64,000 nt of DNA from an uncultured bacterium. Its GTDB lineage: Bacteria > Schekmanbacteria > GWA2-38-11 > J061. This document shows, in pieces, positions 41,776 through 52,447 of the stretch (position 1 is its first letter; each line of letters opens with the position of its first letter). The stretch lies in assembly GCA_964549305.1 (NCBI GenBank), contig CAZJVM010000001.1:5217-69216 (forward strand), given 5' to 3'. The position numbers and the translations under genes were made by a program. The notes below the pieces were generated by a model. That model searched no databases. It saw only the letters and a program-made list of their open reading frames with translations, and was not told where the DNA came from.

Positions 41776-43347
41776 TTGGATAATATTAACATATATATTT
41801 TTTTAGTCATAGGTATTGTAGCAGGTGCTATCGTTACATACCTTCTGACTTATACAAACAGAAAGAAAGCGGCGCAAGATATAGAATCAACAAAGAAGGA
41901 AGCGGACAGGATAATTAGAGATTCAAAGAAGGAAGCGGAAACATTTACTAAAGAAAGCCGTATCGAGGCGAAAGAAACAATTCTGAAAGCAAGGACTGAT
42001 TTTGAAAAGGATACAAAAGAACAGAAAAAAGAACTTCAGCAACTGGAAAAACGTCTTGCGCAGAAAGAAGAAAATATAGACAGAAAAATTGATTTTCTTT
42101 CCAAGAAAGATCTCGACATACAGAATAAAGAAAAAGAGATGTCACAGAAAAACGATGACCTGAGAAAGTCGGAAGAGCACCTGAATGAACTAACATTCGA
42201 GTGCAAGAGACGCCTTGAAAAAATTTCCGGAATGAGCGGCGATGAAGCTAAAAAGATATTGATAGACAGCATCAGAGAAGAGGCAGATCACGAAGCGATG
42301 AAGTTTATCAGAAAAATCGAAGAAGGGGCAAAGGATACAGCACTGAGAAAAGCGCGTGAGATAGTCGCCACGGCAATCCAGAAAACGGCGTCAGATTATG
42401 TTGCGGAAACAACTGTGTCGGTTGTAGATCTGCCTTCAGATGAAATGAAAGGCAGAATAATAGGAAGAGAAGGCAGAAATATTCGTGCTTTTGAAATAGC
42501 GACCGGTGTAGACCTTATCATTGACGATACTCCGGAAGCGGTTATTCTTTCAGCGCACGATCCCGTAAAGAGGGAAATCGCGAAACGCACTCTTGAAAAA
42601 CTTATAAGCGACGGAAGAATTCACCCCGGGAAGATAGAAGAAGTATTGAATAAAATGGCGACTGAAGTTGAAGAGGATATCAGAGAGGAAGGAAATCAGT
42701 GCTGTCTTCTTCTTGGAATTCACGGGCTTCATTCCGAACTCGTTAAACATTTAGGTCGTCTTAAATTTCGCACGAGCTATGCTCAAAATGTTCTCGAACA
42801 CTCAAAGGAAGTGGCTTATTTGTGTTCGATTATGGCATCTGAACTCGGTGTTGACCCCGTGCTGGCTAAAAGGGCCGGACTTCTTCACGATATCGGAAAG
42901 GCAGTCGACCATCAGGTTGAAGGTTCTCATGCGGTTATTGGCGCCGATATAGCGCAGAAATTCGGCGAAAAACCAAATGTGGTAAACGCTATCAAAGCTC
43001 ATCACGAAGAAGAAAGCCCCCTTAGCGTAGAAGCGGTTTTACTTCAGGCGGGAGACGCGCTTTCAGCGGCAAGACCCGGGGCGAGAAGAGAAATGCTTGA
43101 ATCCTACATCAAGCGTCTGGAAAAGCTCGAACAGCTTGCCGATTCATTTAACGGAGTTGATAAATCCTTCGCGATTCAGGCAGGAAGAGAGATTCGGATT
43201 ATCGTGAATAACGATGATTTGTCAGATGACCAGACATATTCTCTTGCAAGGGATATTGCCAAAAAAATTGAAAAGGAGCTTTCATATCCGGGGCAGATTA
43301 AAGTAACTGCCATAAGGGAAACGAGAGCCGTTGAATACGCAAAATAA
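41776..43347 (+). CDS. rny: Ribonuclease Y
   Basis: Alignable to B. subtilis RNase Y along its length: N-terminal TM, coiled coil, KH domain ([27 protein letters not shown]) and HD domain ([11 protein letters not shown]), ending [13 protein letters not shown] start at 41776 with an AAAGGAGG Shine-Dalgarno. Confidence 0.9.
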   Translation: MDNINIYIFLVIGIVAGAIVTYLLTYTNRKKAAQDIESTKKEADRIIRDSKKEAETFTKESRIEAKETILKARTDFEKDTKEQKKELQQLEKRLAQKEENIDRKIDFLSKKDLDIQNKEKEMSQKNDDLRKSEEHLNELTFECKRRLEKISGMSGDEAKKILIDSIREEADHEAMKFIRKIEEGAKDTALRKAREIVATAIQKTASDYVAETTVSVVDLPSDEMKGRIIGREGRNIRAFEIATGVDLIIDDTPEAVILSAHDPVKREIAKRTLEKLISDGRIHPGKIEEVLNKMATEVEEDIREEGNQCCLLLGIHGLHSELVKHLGRLKFRTSYAQNVLEHSKEVAYLCSIMASELGVDPVLAKRAGLLHDIGKAVDHQVEGSHAVIGADIAQKFGEKPNVVNAIKAHHEEESPLSVEAVLLQAGDALSAARPGARREMLESYIKRLEKLEQLADSFNGVDKSFAIQAGREIRIIVNNDDLSDDQTYSLARDIAKKIEKELSYPGQIKVTAIRETRAVEYAK

Positions 43348-43376
43348 TTGAATACGCCTGCGCGGGGAAGATGATT

Positions 43377-44183
43377 TTAATCGTTCAGACCGGTAATCTT
43401 TTCTTCAATATCTGTCAACGCCCTTGAAAGGTTGTTGAGCGTTCTTCTCGCGTCCAGTATCTTGTCTTCAAGGTCTGCAATTGACTTTGTAATATATTTG
43501 TTGTTGCTGTTTCCATTGCCGTTACCGTTTGCGGGAATGACTTTTGTAGATTTGTTTGCAGTCGTCTCATAGGCTCGACTTTTGTTTACAATCGGTTTTT
43601 TCGACAATTGAACCTGTTCGATTGTTTTTTTGGAGATACATTTCAAGGTTTCAAATACGCCTTCTCCCCTGATTGCCGAAGACGCGAATGAATCAAGTCC
43701 CATAGGGTTTATAATCGCATTCAGCTCATCGATTGACGAAATTTCCTCGAGGTCTCTCTTGTTGTATTGAAAAACTATGGGGATGCTGTCTATGCTCAGT
43801 CCGCTTTCCTGTAAATTGATTTTCAGGTCTTCAAAACTTTCAAGGTTTGCCTCAACCTGATCCTTCTGAGAGTCTGCGACAAATACAACGGCATCAACGC
43901 CTTTAAGGACAAGCTTTCTCGTAGAAGTCAACTGTACCTGACCGGGAGTTGTGTAAAGTTGAATTTTTATGTTCATCCCTCTGATTTTTCCAAGATTCAT
44001 CGGCAGCAAATCAAAGAAAAGGGTGCGGTCGGTTTCAGTGCGCATCGATAAGAGTTTTCCTCTCGTCTCGGGGTCGCTTTTGTTGTAAATAAATTCGAGA
44101 TTGGTGGTTTTTCCGCCCCTCGCGGGACCGTAGTACACGATTTTTATTATTGCTTCATCTAAAGCAACATTGAATATAGCCAT
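43377..44183 (-). CDS. mglA: MglA-like Ras-family small GTPase with ~70-aa C-terminal low-complexity/coiled-coil extension
   Basis: N-terminal 195 aa align closely with Myxococcus MglA: KIVYYGPARGGKTTNLEFIYNK, TETDRTLFFDLLP, LYTTPGQV, LKGVDAVVFVADSQ, QYNKRDL. The extension contains NGNGNGNSNN and a predicted coiled coil. No mglB gene is adjacent. Confidence 0.8.
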   Translation of the reverse strand: MAIFNVALDEAIIKIVYYGPARGGKTTNLEFIYNKSDPETRGKLLSMRTETDRTLFFDLLPMNLGKIRGMNIKIQLYTTPGQVQLTSTRKLVLKGVDAVVFVADSQKDQVEANLESFEDLKINLQESGLSIDSIPIVFQYNKRDLEEISSIDELNAIINPMGLDSFASSAIRGEGVFETLKCISKKTIEQVQLSKKPIVNKSRAYETTANKSTKVIPANGNGNGNSNNKYITKSIADLEDKILDARRTLNNLSRALTDIEEKITGLND

Positions 44184-44519
44184 ACTCGTAAATGGGAAAA
44201 GTGTTATATATCAGTTGGTTATATTTTGATTTCGGATTCTCTTATTTTGCCTGTTAAGTAGATAATTCTATCGGACAAAATTTGAAAAATAAGAAACATT
44301 TTTTAAAAAAACACTTGTTTTGGAATTCATTTTTACGCTTTGGGAAAATCCTCGTCGAATTACCGCAACGCTTTTTCAAATATATCGGCAATGGGAGAAA
44401 AATAAGAAAAAATTCAGGGAGAATCTTGTATTTCGTGAAGAAGAATTACACTGTGGAAACGATATTAATACTGCAGGTTTCCTATTAAAGAAACGGTGTA
44501 ACAGCGATATTGAAAAACA

Positions 44520-44546
44520 TTGACAAATAGTGATTATTTGTATAAT
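44520..44546 (+). promoter_or_regulatory. Candidate sigma-70 promoter for truB-rpsO-pnp
   Basis: TTGACA-15 nt-TATAAT (TTGACAaatagtgattatttgTATAATtatact), about 85 nt upstream of the probable truB start. Confidence 0.4.
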
Positions 44547-44630
44547 TATACTCTCCTTTAAATGAAAGTATTAGCATATACCCATTTCACTGAAGCTGAT
44601 TCGGCGGAAGATGATTTAAGAAGACATCAT

Positions 44631-45557
44631 ATGGATGGTGCAATAACCCTTTTTAAACCTTCGGGCATCACATCCTTTAAGGCGACGGAACAGGTTAAAC
44701 GGATTACAGGGGTAAAGAAATGCGGTCATGGCGGGACTCTTGACCCTGTAGCGGAAGGAGTGCTTCCCATATTCCTCGGAAAAGCCACAAAAGTCATTCC
44801 CTTTATAAAAAATAATGACAAAGCTTATTCCGCGACCATTAAACTCGGAGTTGAAACGGATACGATGGACTGCGAAGGGAAGGTTGTTTCGGAAAACCCG
44901 GCAATAGTGCCTTCCTTTGATGAAGTGGAAAAGGCGGTTTCCTGTTTTGAGGGAGAGATTAGCCAGAGACCTCCCATCTATTCAGCGCTGAGATACAAGG
45001 GGAAACGACTATACGAGTATGCAAGGAAGAATATAGAGATCGAGGTAAAGAAACGCAAAGTAATTATTGATAAGATTGAAATAGTGTTCTATAAGTATCC
45101 TCTTTTAAAAATTAATGTTTACTGTTCTTCCGGCACATATATAAGAAGCCTTGCCCACGATATCGGGGAAGTGCTTGGATGCGGAGGACACATAGTCGGG
45201 TTGCTGAGAACGAAAAGCGGTGATTTCCATATAAAGGAAGCCGTAAATATTGATTCCCTGAAGTCAGAATCGTCGCGAAAGGCGCTGAAAAGCCATATAA
45301 AGGGAATCGATGAGATACTCGCAGGATACGGAGAAGTGAAAGTTTCAGATGAAGTGAAACAAAAGGTACTCTGCGGTTCGCCTGTCGAAATGGATGATGT
45401 AACTGCAATCGGAGACTGCATTGCCGTCACAAGATTGTTGAAAGTTAAGGATTCGGACAATAACCTTTTGGCTATTGCCGAGATTGTTTCAGTTAAAGCC
45501 GACACTACCGGTTCTGAAAAGAATTTAATTTTAAAAATGAAAAGAGTATTTAATTGA
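44631..45557 (+). CDS. truB: tRNA pseudouridine(55) synthase
   Basis: The catalytic Asp motif GHGGTLDPVAEGVLPIFLGKATK and a C-terminal PUA domain are present. The start was moved to the internal ATG (MDGAITLFKPSG), matching the TruB N-terminus. Confidence 0.85.
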   Translation: MDGAITLFKPSGITSFKATEQVKRITGVKKCGHGGTLDPVAEGVLPIFLGKATKVIPFIKNNDKAYSATIKLGVETDTMDCEGKVVSENPAIVPSFDEVEKAVSCFEGEISQRPPIYSALRYKGKRLYEYARKNIEIEVKKRKVIIDKIEIVFYKYPLLKINVYCSSGTYIRSLAHDIGEVLGCGGHIVGLLRTKSGDFHIKEAVNIDSLKSESSRKALKSHIKGIDEILAGYGEVKVSDEVKQKVLCGSPVEMDDVTAIGDCIAVTRLLKVKDSDNNLLAIAEIVSVKADTTGSEKNLILKMKRVFN

Positions 45558-45570
45558 AGGAGGTTGAATA

Positions 45571-45840
45571 GTGGTATTGACAAAAGAAAAAAAGGCGGAA
45601 GTGAAGGACAAATTCAAACTTCACGAAAAGGATACGGGTTCTCCTGAAGTGCAGATTGCGCTTCTTACCGAGAGGATTATATACCTCACGGAACATTTCA
45701 GAACCCACAAGAAAGACCATCATTCCAGGCGCGGACTTCTCAAGCTCGTAAGCAGAAGAAGAAAGCTTCTCGAATATTTGAAGAGGCGCAACTATGAAGG
45801 ATATACGACGATTATTCGCGAACTTGGTTTGAGAAGGTAA
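45571..45840 (+). CDS. rpsO: 30S ribosomal protein S15
   Basis: 89 aa. The segments [41 protein letters not shown] are canonical S15. Confidence 0.9.
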   Translation: MVLTKEKKAEVKDKFKLHEKDTGSPEVQIALLTERIIYLTEHFRTHKKDHHSRRGLLKLVSRRRKLLEYLKRRNYEGYTTIIRELGLRR

Positions 45841-45869
45841 CCTGAGACATTACAAAGGAACAAAATTAA

Positions 45870-47957
45870 ATGGTAAAGAAGCAGATTGATTTAGGGGGCA
45901 GCACTTTTTCCATAGAGACAGGAAAAGTCGCAAAACAGGCAAACGGTTCGGTGGTTGTTTCTCAGGGTGACGTTGTTGTCCTTGTTACTGCCGTAAACTC
46001 AAAGAAGGACAGAGAGGGAATTGATTTTCTTCCCTTTATGGTTGAATACAGAGAAAAGACATATGCAGCAGGAAAGATTCCCGGTGGTTTTTTCAAAAGG
46101 GAAGGAAGACCCAGTGAAAAGGAAATTTTGACATCACGTATAATTGACCGCCCTTTAAGGCCTTTGTTTCCCGACGGTTACCACAAGGATATTCAGGTAA
46201 TCGCCAATGTACTTTCCACTGATAAGGAATATGATACTGATATAGCGGCGATGAACGGCGCGTCCGCGGCGCTTCTTATATCGGATATTCCCTTCAGCAC
46301 ACCGGTGGGTGCAGTAAGGGTCGGGCTTATCGATGGTGAGATGGTAATCAATCCAAAATTCAGCGAACTTGAAAACAGCGACATTGATATAGTTATCGCA
46401 GGCACGAGAGATGCCGTGCTAATGGTTGAAGGCGAAAGCAGGGAAGTATCGGAAGAGCAGATGCGTGACGCGATCTTCTTCGGTCACGAGAATCTCATAA
46501 AGATGATAGAAATTCAGGAAGAACTTCAGAAGGAAGCGGGAAAGAAGAAGCAGGAAGTGTCAGTGCCTGAAGTGTCGGAGATTTACACTGCGCTCAAGGA
46601 AAAAGCGGCAGGCAAGCTCGCCGAAGCAATTGCAATAAAGGAAAAGATGGCGCGTCAGGATGCTGTTGAAAAAGTCTTCGCCGAGGCGTTAGAGGAAATT
46701 GCCCCTGATGAGGAAAAGACAGGTGAATTTAAAAGTGCCTTCGAAAAGATAGAGAAGGAATGCGTCAGAAATATGATACTTGAGAAATCAGTAAGGGCTG
46801 ACGGCAGGGGCTTAGAGGATATAAGGCCTATTACCTGCGAAGTATCGGTGCTTCCGAGGCCTCACGGTTCGGCGCTTTTTACGAGAGGCGAAACGCAATC
46901 GCTCAGCGTGGTTACTTTGGGTTCGGGAGACGACGAGCAGAGAATTGACGCTCTCGAAGGCGAATTCAAAAAATCCTTTATGCTTCACTATAATTTTCCT
47001 CCTTTTTCAGTGGGCGAGACCAGTAACCGTCTTGCAACGGGAAGAAGGGAAATAGGACACGGAAATCTTGCAGAAAGGGCGTTGAAAGCGGTAATGCCTG
47101 ATTCCGAAGAATATCCATACACGGTGAGAGTAGTTTCGGAGATACTTGAATCGAACGGCTCATCTTCAATGGCGACTGTTTGCGCGGGTTCTCTTGCTCT
47201 GATGGATGCCGGCGTTCCCACAAAAAGCCCTGTTGCGGGAATTGCAATGGGACTTGTTAAGGCAGACGACAATGTTGCCATATTATCGGATATTCTCGGG
47301 CTTGAAGACCATTGCGGAGATATGGATTTCAAAGTTGCCGGAACGCAGAAAGGTATTACGGCTTTTCAGATGGATGTGAAGATATCGGGAGTTACCAAAG
47401 ATATTGTTCAGAATGCGCTTACTCAGGCACACAAAGGAAGAATGCACATTCTCGGAATAATGAACTCTGCTCTTTCGGAACCAAAAGCAGAGATGTCGCA
47501 GTATGCTCCAAGGATAATAACCATCCATATCAATCCTTCAAAAATAGGCGAGGTTATCGGACCGGGCGGAAAGAATATCAGAGGCATTATAGAAACTACG
47601 GGTGCTAAAATAGATATAGATGACAGCGGAAGAGTCAATGTCTCAGCAGTGGAATCTGCCGCGGCAGACAAGGCGGTTGAGATAATCAAAGCTATGACGG
47701 AAGAGCCTGAAGTGGGAAAGATTTATAACGGAAAAGTTAAAAAAATAATGGACTTCGGAGCTTTTGTTGAAATTATCCCCGGCACGGAAGGGCTTGTGCA
47801 TATCTCAGAGCTTTGCGAAGAGCGTGTCAAAGCCGTGCGGGATATTTTGAATGAGGGAGACGAGGTTCCTGTCAAGCTTATAGATATAGACAGGGAAAAA
47901 AGACTCAGACTTAGCCGTAAGGAAGCTCTCCGCGCAATTGAAAAAGAAAAAAAATGA
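45870..47957 (+). CDS. pnp: Polyribonucleotide nucleotidyltransferase (PNPase)
   Basis: 695 aa. Two RNase PH domains, then KH (IGEVIGPGGKNIRGI) and S1 domains. Confidence 0.95.
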   Translation: MVKKQIDLGGSTFSIETGKVAKQANGSVVVSQGDVVVLVTAVNSKKDREGIDFLPFMVEYREKTYAAGKIPGGFFKREGRPSEKEILTSRIIDRPLRPLFPDGYHKDIQVIANVLSTDKEYDTDIAAMNGASAALLISDIPFSTPVGAVRVGLIDGEMVINPKFSELENSDIDIVIAGTRDAVLMVEGESREVSEEQMRDAIFFGHENLIKMIEIQEELQKEAGKKKQEVSVPEVSEIYTALKEKAAGKLAEAIAIKEKMARQDAVEKVFAEALEEIAPDEEKTGEFKSAFEKIEKECVRNMILEKSVRADGRGLEDIRPITCEVSVLPRPHGSALFTRGETQSLSVVTLGSGDDEQRIDALEGEFKKSFMLHYNFPPFSVGETSNRLATGRREIGHGNLAERALKAVMPDSEEYPYTVRVVSEILESNGSSSMATVCAGSLALMDAGVPTKSPVAGIAMGLVKADDNVAILSDILGLEDHCGDMDFKVAGTQKGITAFQMDVKISGVTKDIVQNALTQAHKGRMHILGIMNSALSEPKAEMSQYAPRIITIHINPSKIGEVIGPGGKNIRGIIETTGAKIDIDDSGRVNVSAVESAAADKAVEIIKAMTEEPEVGKIYNGKVKKIMDFGAFVEIIPGTEGLVHISELCEERVKAVRDILNEGDEVPVKLIDIDREKRLRLSRKEALRAIEKEKK

Positions 47958-47970
47958 TCTCCGCCATGAA

Positions 47971-49236
47971 ATGTTTTTGAAAAAATCCCTTTCCGGGGGA
48001 GCGACTCTTGTAGCCGAATATGTTCCGCACGTAAGGTCAGTGTCAGTGGGCGTGTGGATTAATTTTGGTTCAAGGGACGAACCGCGGGAATTCAACGGAG
48101 TTTCTCATTTTATAGAGCATCTGCTTTTCAAGGGCACAGGTAGGCGCACGGCAAAGGATATTGCCACTGTCATCGACAGAATAGGCGGATACTGCGATGC
48201 CTTTACGAGCAGGGAATATACCTGTGTTTATATTCAGGCAATGGATTCCCAGCTTGAAACCATTTTTGACCTTCTTTCGGATATTGTCATTCATTCCTCA
48301 TTCGACCCAGTGGAGTTCAAAAGGGAAAAGGATGTTATATTCGAAGAGATCAGAATGACTGCCGACATTCCTGACGATGAACTTTTTGACATTTTTTTCA
48401 GTTCAATTTACAAAAATCATCCTTTGGGAAATCCCATTCAGGGCACTATGAGTTCAGTTAGAAAAATGGATGACGTCAACATAAGAAAAATTTTCAGGAA
48501 ATATTATACGCCTTCGCTGATGACCCTTTCGGTTGCGGGGAATTTCGATAAAAAAAATCTTAATGAATTGTCGGAAAAATATTTTGGATTTGACGGCAAA
48601 AAGCCACGCCGAAATCCTCTGAAAAGGCAAACGCCAGTTTTTTCATCTGAGAACATTTTAAAAAACAGAAAGCTCGAACAAGCGCATCTATGCGTAGCGT
48701 TTCCGGGAATAAAGCAGAAAAGCAAATACAGGTATGCCAAATATCTTCTCAACCTCATATTGGGCGGAACTATAAGTTCGAGATTGTTTCAGAAGGTGCG
48801 GGAAGAAAGAGGTCTCGCGTACAATATTTACTCCTATTATTTTTCCTTTGAAGACACGGGCATTACGGGAATATATGCCGCGTCAAATGCTTCCAACATC
48901 TCTGAAATAATAAAACTGTCCATTGCCGAATGCGAGAATATAGTGGCAAAGGGCGTCGGGGAAGAGGAGTTGTCAATTGCCAAGGAAAACCTCAAGGGGA
49001 ATTATATGCTTTCCCTTGAAAGTATGAACAGCAGAATGATTAAGCTTGCAAAGCAGGAGATGTTTTTCGGGAAATTTTACGGACTAGACAATATTCTGAA
49101 CGAAATCGACTCCGTTACCTCTGAAGATTTGCAGAAATTGATGAAACTGATGTATAAGGCGGAAAAACTTTCCGCAGTGGTACTCGGACCCGTAGCAGGG
49201 GTGCTTAAAAAGAAGGATTTGATGATAAGCCGTTAA
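47971..49236 (+). CDS. Peptidase M16 family zinc protease (insulinase-like)
   Basis: Inverted zinc motif HxxEH (GVSHFIEHLLFKG). The start was moved to the ATG after the pnp stop. Confidence 0.75.
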   Translation: MFLKKSLSGGATLVAEYVPHVRSVSVGVWINFGSRDEPREFNGVSHFIEHLLFKGTGRRTAKDIATVIDRIGGYCDAFTSREYTCVYIQAMDSQLETIFDLLSDIVIHSSFDPVEFKREKDVIFEEIRMTADIPDDELFDIFFSSIYKNHPLGNPIQGTMSSVRKMDDVNIRKIFRKYYTPSLMTLSVAGNFDKKNLNELSEKYFGFDGKKPRRNPLKRQTPVFSSENILKNRKLEQAHLCVAFPGIKQKSKYRYAKYLLNLILGGTISSRLFQKVREERGLAYNIYSYYFSFEDTGITGIYAASNASNISEIIKLSIAECENIVAKGVGEEELSIAKENLKGNYMLSLESMNSRMIKLAKQEMFFGKFYGLDNILNEIDSVTSEDLQKLMKLMYKAEKLSAVVLGPVAGVLKKKDLMISR

Positions 49237-49257
49237 AAGATATTAAGGAGAAATAAG

Positions 49258-50550
49258 GTGATTCCAAGATATTCAAGACCTGAAATGGCGAAGATATGGA
49301 CAGAAGAGAACAAGTTCAGAAAATTTCTCGATGTGGAAATTATGGTCTGCGAAGCACTTTGCAAAAAGGGGGAGATTCCGGAAGCATCTTTGAAGGTTAT
49401 TAAAAAGAAGGCGGCATTTGATGTAACCCGCATCGAGGAAATTGAGAAAGTAACGAAACACGATGTCATCGCGTTTCTCACCAATGTAGCTGAAAATGTG
49501 GGAAAGGATTCACGCTTCATTCATATGGGATTGACTTCGTCGGATATTCTCGACACGGGTCTTTCACTTCAGATTAAGGAAGCTTCCGATATAATAATCA
49601 GGGATATAAAGGAAGTGATGAAGTCTATCAAGAAACTTGCCCTGAAACATAAGAGAAGCATTATGGCAGGGCGCTCTCACGGAATGCACGCGGAACCTGT
49701 TACATTCGGACTTAAGATGGCGGTTTGGTACGATGAGATGAAAAGAAACCTGAAACGGGTGAAGCAGGCCAGGGAGGTTATATCCTATGGAAAGATATCA
49801 GGCGCTGTGGGGACATTCGCTAACATAAGTCCCGATGTGGAGAAATATGTATGCAAGGGACTTGGGCTGAAAAACGCTCCTGCCTCGACGCAGATTCTTC
49901 AGAGAGACCGTCACGCGGAGTTTCTCACCGCGCTTGCGCTTACGGCATCGTCGCTCGAAAAGTTTGCCGTTGAAATAAGGCATCTTCAGAGGACTGAAGT
50001 TGCCGAAGCGGAAGAGTTTTTTTCCAAGGGACAGAAGGGTTCTTCGGCAATGCCTCACAAGAGAAATCCGATAACCTGTGAAAGAATAACCGGACTTGCC
50101 CGCCTCATAAGGGGTAACGCGATGGCGGCAATGGAGAATGTAGCGCTCTGGCACGAAAGAGATATCAGCCATTCGTCTGTTGAGCGCATCATAATGCCTG
50201 ACAGCACAATACTCCTCGATTATATGCTCGATAAGATGGCAAAGCTTCTTGCGAACCTTGTGGTTAAGCCGGAAAATATGAAGAAAAATCTCGAGCTTAA
50301 CGGCGGAGTTATTTTCTCGCAGGCGGTTCTTCTGCGTCTTGTGGACTGCGGTATAACCAGAGAAGCGGCATATGAAATTGTTCAGAGAAACGCGATGAAA
50401 GCCCTCAAAAGTTCCTCTGATTTTAAAAGCTGTCTTCTTTCTGATAATGAGATGTTGAAGCATCTCCCGGCTTCTGATATACGGAAAATCTTTGATTACA
50501 AATATCACACCAAAAACATAGATAAAATTTTCAGGCGCGTGTTTAAATAG
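49258..50550 (+). CDS. purB: Adenylosuccinate lyase
   Basis: The fumarate-lyase signature GSSAMPHKRNP is present. Length is 430 aa. Confidence 0.9.
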   Translation: MIPRYSRPEMAKIWTEENKFRKFLDVEIMVCEALCKKGEIPEASLKVIKKKAAFDVTRIEEIEKVTKHDVIAFLTNVAENVGKDSRFIHMGLTSSDILDTGLSLQIKEASDIIIRDIKEVMKSIKKLALKHKRSIMAGRSHGMHAEPVTFGLKMAVWYDEMKRNLKRVKQAREVISYGKISGAVGTFANISPDVEKYVCKGLGLKNAPASTQILQRDRHAEFLTALALTASSLEKFAVEIRHLQRTEVAEAEEFFSKGQKGSSAMPHKRNPITCERITGLARLIRGNAMAAMENVALWHERDISHSSVERIIMPDSTILLDYMLDKMAKLLANLVVKPENMKKNLELNGGVIFSQAVLLRLVDCGITREAAYEIVQRNAMKALKSSSDFKSCLLSDNEMLKHLPASDIRKIFDYKYHTKNIDKIFRRVFK

Positions 50551-50577
50551 TCTGCCGCTTTAACAGGGAAACGGAAA

Positions 50578-50820
50578 ATGAAAAAAGTAAAAGTTTTTGT
50601 AAAATTAAAGGAAGGTGTCCTTGACCCTCAGGGGAAAGCCGTAAAAAACTCTCTCGCATCGCTGGGATTTAATTCGGTGACAGATGTTCGAGTAGGAAAG
50701 TATATTGAACTAAATATAGACGAAGATGACAGCGGGAGTGTGAAGGAAGAAGTTGACAAGATGTGTAAAAAACTTCTCGCAAATCCCGTAATAGAAACCT
50801 TTGAAGTCAAGATTGACTGA
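50578..50820 (+). CDS. purS: Phosphoribosylformylglycinamidine synthase subunit PurS
   Basis: 80 aa, [22 protein letters not shown]..., typical PurS. It precedes purC, purQ and purL. Confidence 0.85.
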   Translation: MKKVKVFVKLKEGVLDPQGKAVKNSLASLGFNSVTDVRVGKYIELNIDEDDSGSVKEEVDKMCKKLLANPVIETFEVKID

Positions 50821-50821
50821 T

Positions 50822-51736
50822 ATGAATACCTCTAAAGAATTGTCGACTGGCGATGTAGTGCTTGAAACAAATCTTCCCGGCCTTAATCTTGTAAGACAGG
50901 GCAAGGTGCGCGATATTTACGACCTTGACGACAAACTTCTCATTGTGGCGACGGACAGGTTATCGGCATTCGATGTCATAATGGCGGAGGGGATTCCATA
51001 CAAGGGAAAGGTACTTACTCAGATTTCAAAATTCTGGTTCAGACAGATAGGAGATATCGTTCCGAATCATATAATAAGTTTTGACACTGCCGACTTTCCG
51101 AGGGAATGCGCTGAATACAGCCATATACTTGAAGGAAGAAGCATGCTCGTGGAAAAAACCGAGGTTGTGCCTGTTGAGTGTGTCGTGCGGGGATATCTTT
51201 CAGGTTCGGCATACGAGGAATATTTAAAAACCGGAGGAGTGGTCTCGGGGATAAACCTCGGCAAGGGACTTCTTGAATCATCAAAACTCGAAAGGCCTAT
51301 TTTTACTCCTTCCACAAAAGCCGAAAGCGGACACGACGAGAATATCACATTCGAAGAGATGGAAAAAAATGTTGGCAGTGAATTGTCCCGCTCGCTGAGA
51401 AAATACAGTATTTCCGTATATGAGAGAGCAAGGTCTGTTGCAGACAAAAAGGGAATAATAGTTGCCGATACTAAGTTTGAATTCGGACGGAAAAACGGCG
51501 AAATAATTCTCATAGACGAGGTGCTGACACCGGATTCTTCCAGATTCTGGCCCAAAGACGAATATTCTCCGGGGCGTCCGCAGAGCAGTTTTGACAAACA
51601 GTTTGTCAGGGATTATCTAAAAAGCACCGGTTGGGACAAGACACCCCCTCCGCCCGCATTGCCCGATGATATCATTATCAAGACCAGCAATAAATATCTT
51701 GACGCTCTTCAAAAACTCACAGGCGTAACAAATTAA
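50822..51736 (+). CDS. purC: Phosphoribosylaminoimidazole-succinocarboxamide synthase (long form)
   Basis: SAICAR synthetase motifs ([27 protein letters not shown]). The start was moved to the ATG just after the purS stop. Confidence 0.85.
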   Translation: MNTSKELSTGDVVLETNLPGLNLVRQGKVRDIYDLDDKLLIVATDRLSAFDVIMAEGIPYKGKVLTQISKFWFRQIGDIVPNHIISFDTADFPRECAEYSHILEGRSMLVEKTEVVPVECVVRGYLSGSAYEEYLKTGGVVSGINLGKGLLESSKLERPIFTPSTKAESGHDENITFEEMEKNVGSELSRSLRKYSISVYERARSVADKKGIIVADTKFEFGRKNGEIILIDEVLTPDSSRFWPKDEYSPGRPQSSFDKQFVRDYLKSTGWDKTPPPPALPDDIIIKTSNKYLDALQKLTGVTN

Positions 51737-51751
51737 TGAGGTTTTCTTTCA

Positions 51752-52447
51752 ATGAAATTTGGAATTGTAGTTTTCCCCGGTTCTAATTGCGACAGAGACT
51801 GTTTCAGGGTGGTAAAAGATGTGCTTAAGGAAGAAGCAATCTATATATGGCACAAGGACAAGGATTTGTCGGGAGTTGACTGTATAATCCTTCCCGGAGG
51901 TTTTTCATACGGCGATTATTTGCGCACCGGTTCCATTGCAAGCTATTCGCCCGTAATGGAGAATGTCGTGAAATTTGCCTCCAACGGAGGGTATATTATC
52001 GGCATTTGCAACGGATTTCAGATTTTGCTCGAATCGGGACTGCTTCCCGGCGCAATGATAAAGAACAAGTCATTGAAGTTTATCTGCAGAAATGTGAATA
52101 TCAAAGTGGAAAACACAGGCACTCCCTTTACCCTTAAATACAATTCGGGCGATGTTCTCACGATACCGATTGCGCATTCCGACGGAAATTACTTCGCTGA
52201 GGAAGACACGCTTAAAAATCTTGAAGAAAACGGACAGATAGTTTTCAAATATTGTTCTTCCGAAGGATCGGTTTCTGAAGATTTTAACCCGAACGGGTCA
52301 CGCAATAATATCGCGGGAATATGCAGTGAAAATGGCAGGGTGCTCGGTATGATGCCTCACCCCGAAAGAGTTTCCGAAAGCATTCTCGGAAGCGACGACG
52401 GAGTCGGAATCTTTAAATCAATAACAGAAAGCGTTTTGAAAAAATGA
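51752..52447 (+). CDS. purQ: Phosphoribosylformylglycinamidine synthase subunit PurQ (glutaminase)
   Basis: GATase1 catalytic Cys (GICNGFQIL) and a His/Glu pair (HPER) are present. Length is 231 aa. Confidence 0.9.
   Translation: MKFGIVVFPGSNCDRDCFRVVKDVLKEEAIYIWHKDKDLSGVDCIILPGGFSYGDYLRTGSIASYSPVMENVVKFASNGGYIIGICNGFQILLESGLLPGAMIKNKSLKFICRNVNIKVENTGTPFTLKYNSGDVLTIPIAHSDGNYFAEEDTLKNLEENGQIVFKYCSSEGSVSEDFNPNGSRNNIAGICSENGRVLGMMPHPERVSESILGSDDGVGIFKSITESVLKK

Noticed and set aside
44282-44523. Two overlapping small ORFs in the mglA-truB intergenic region
   Set aside because: The region is AT-rich and looks like a promoter (TTGACA/TATAAT at 44520-44546). The ORFs overlap each other in different frames, lack a Shine-Dalgarno sequence, and encode low-complexity Lys/Phe-rich peptides.
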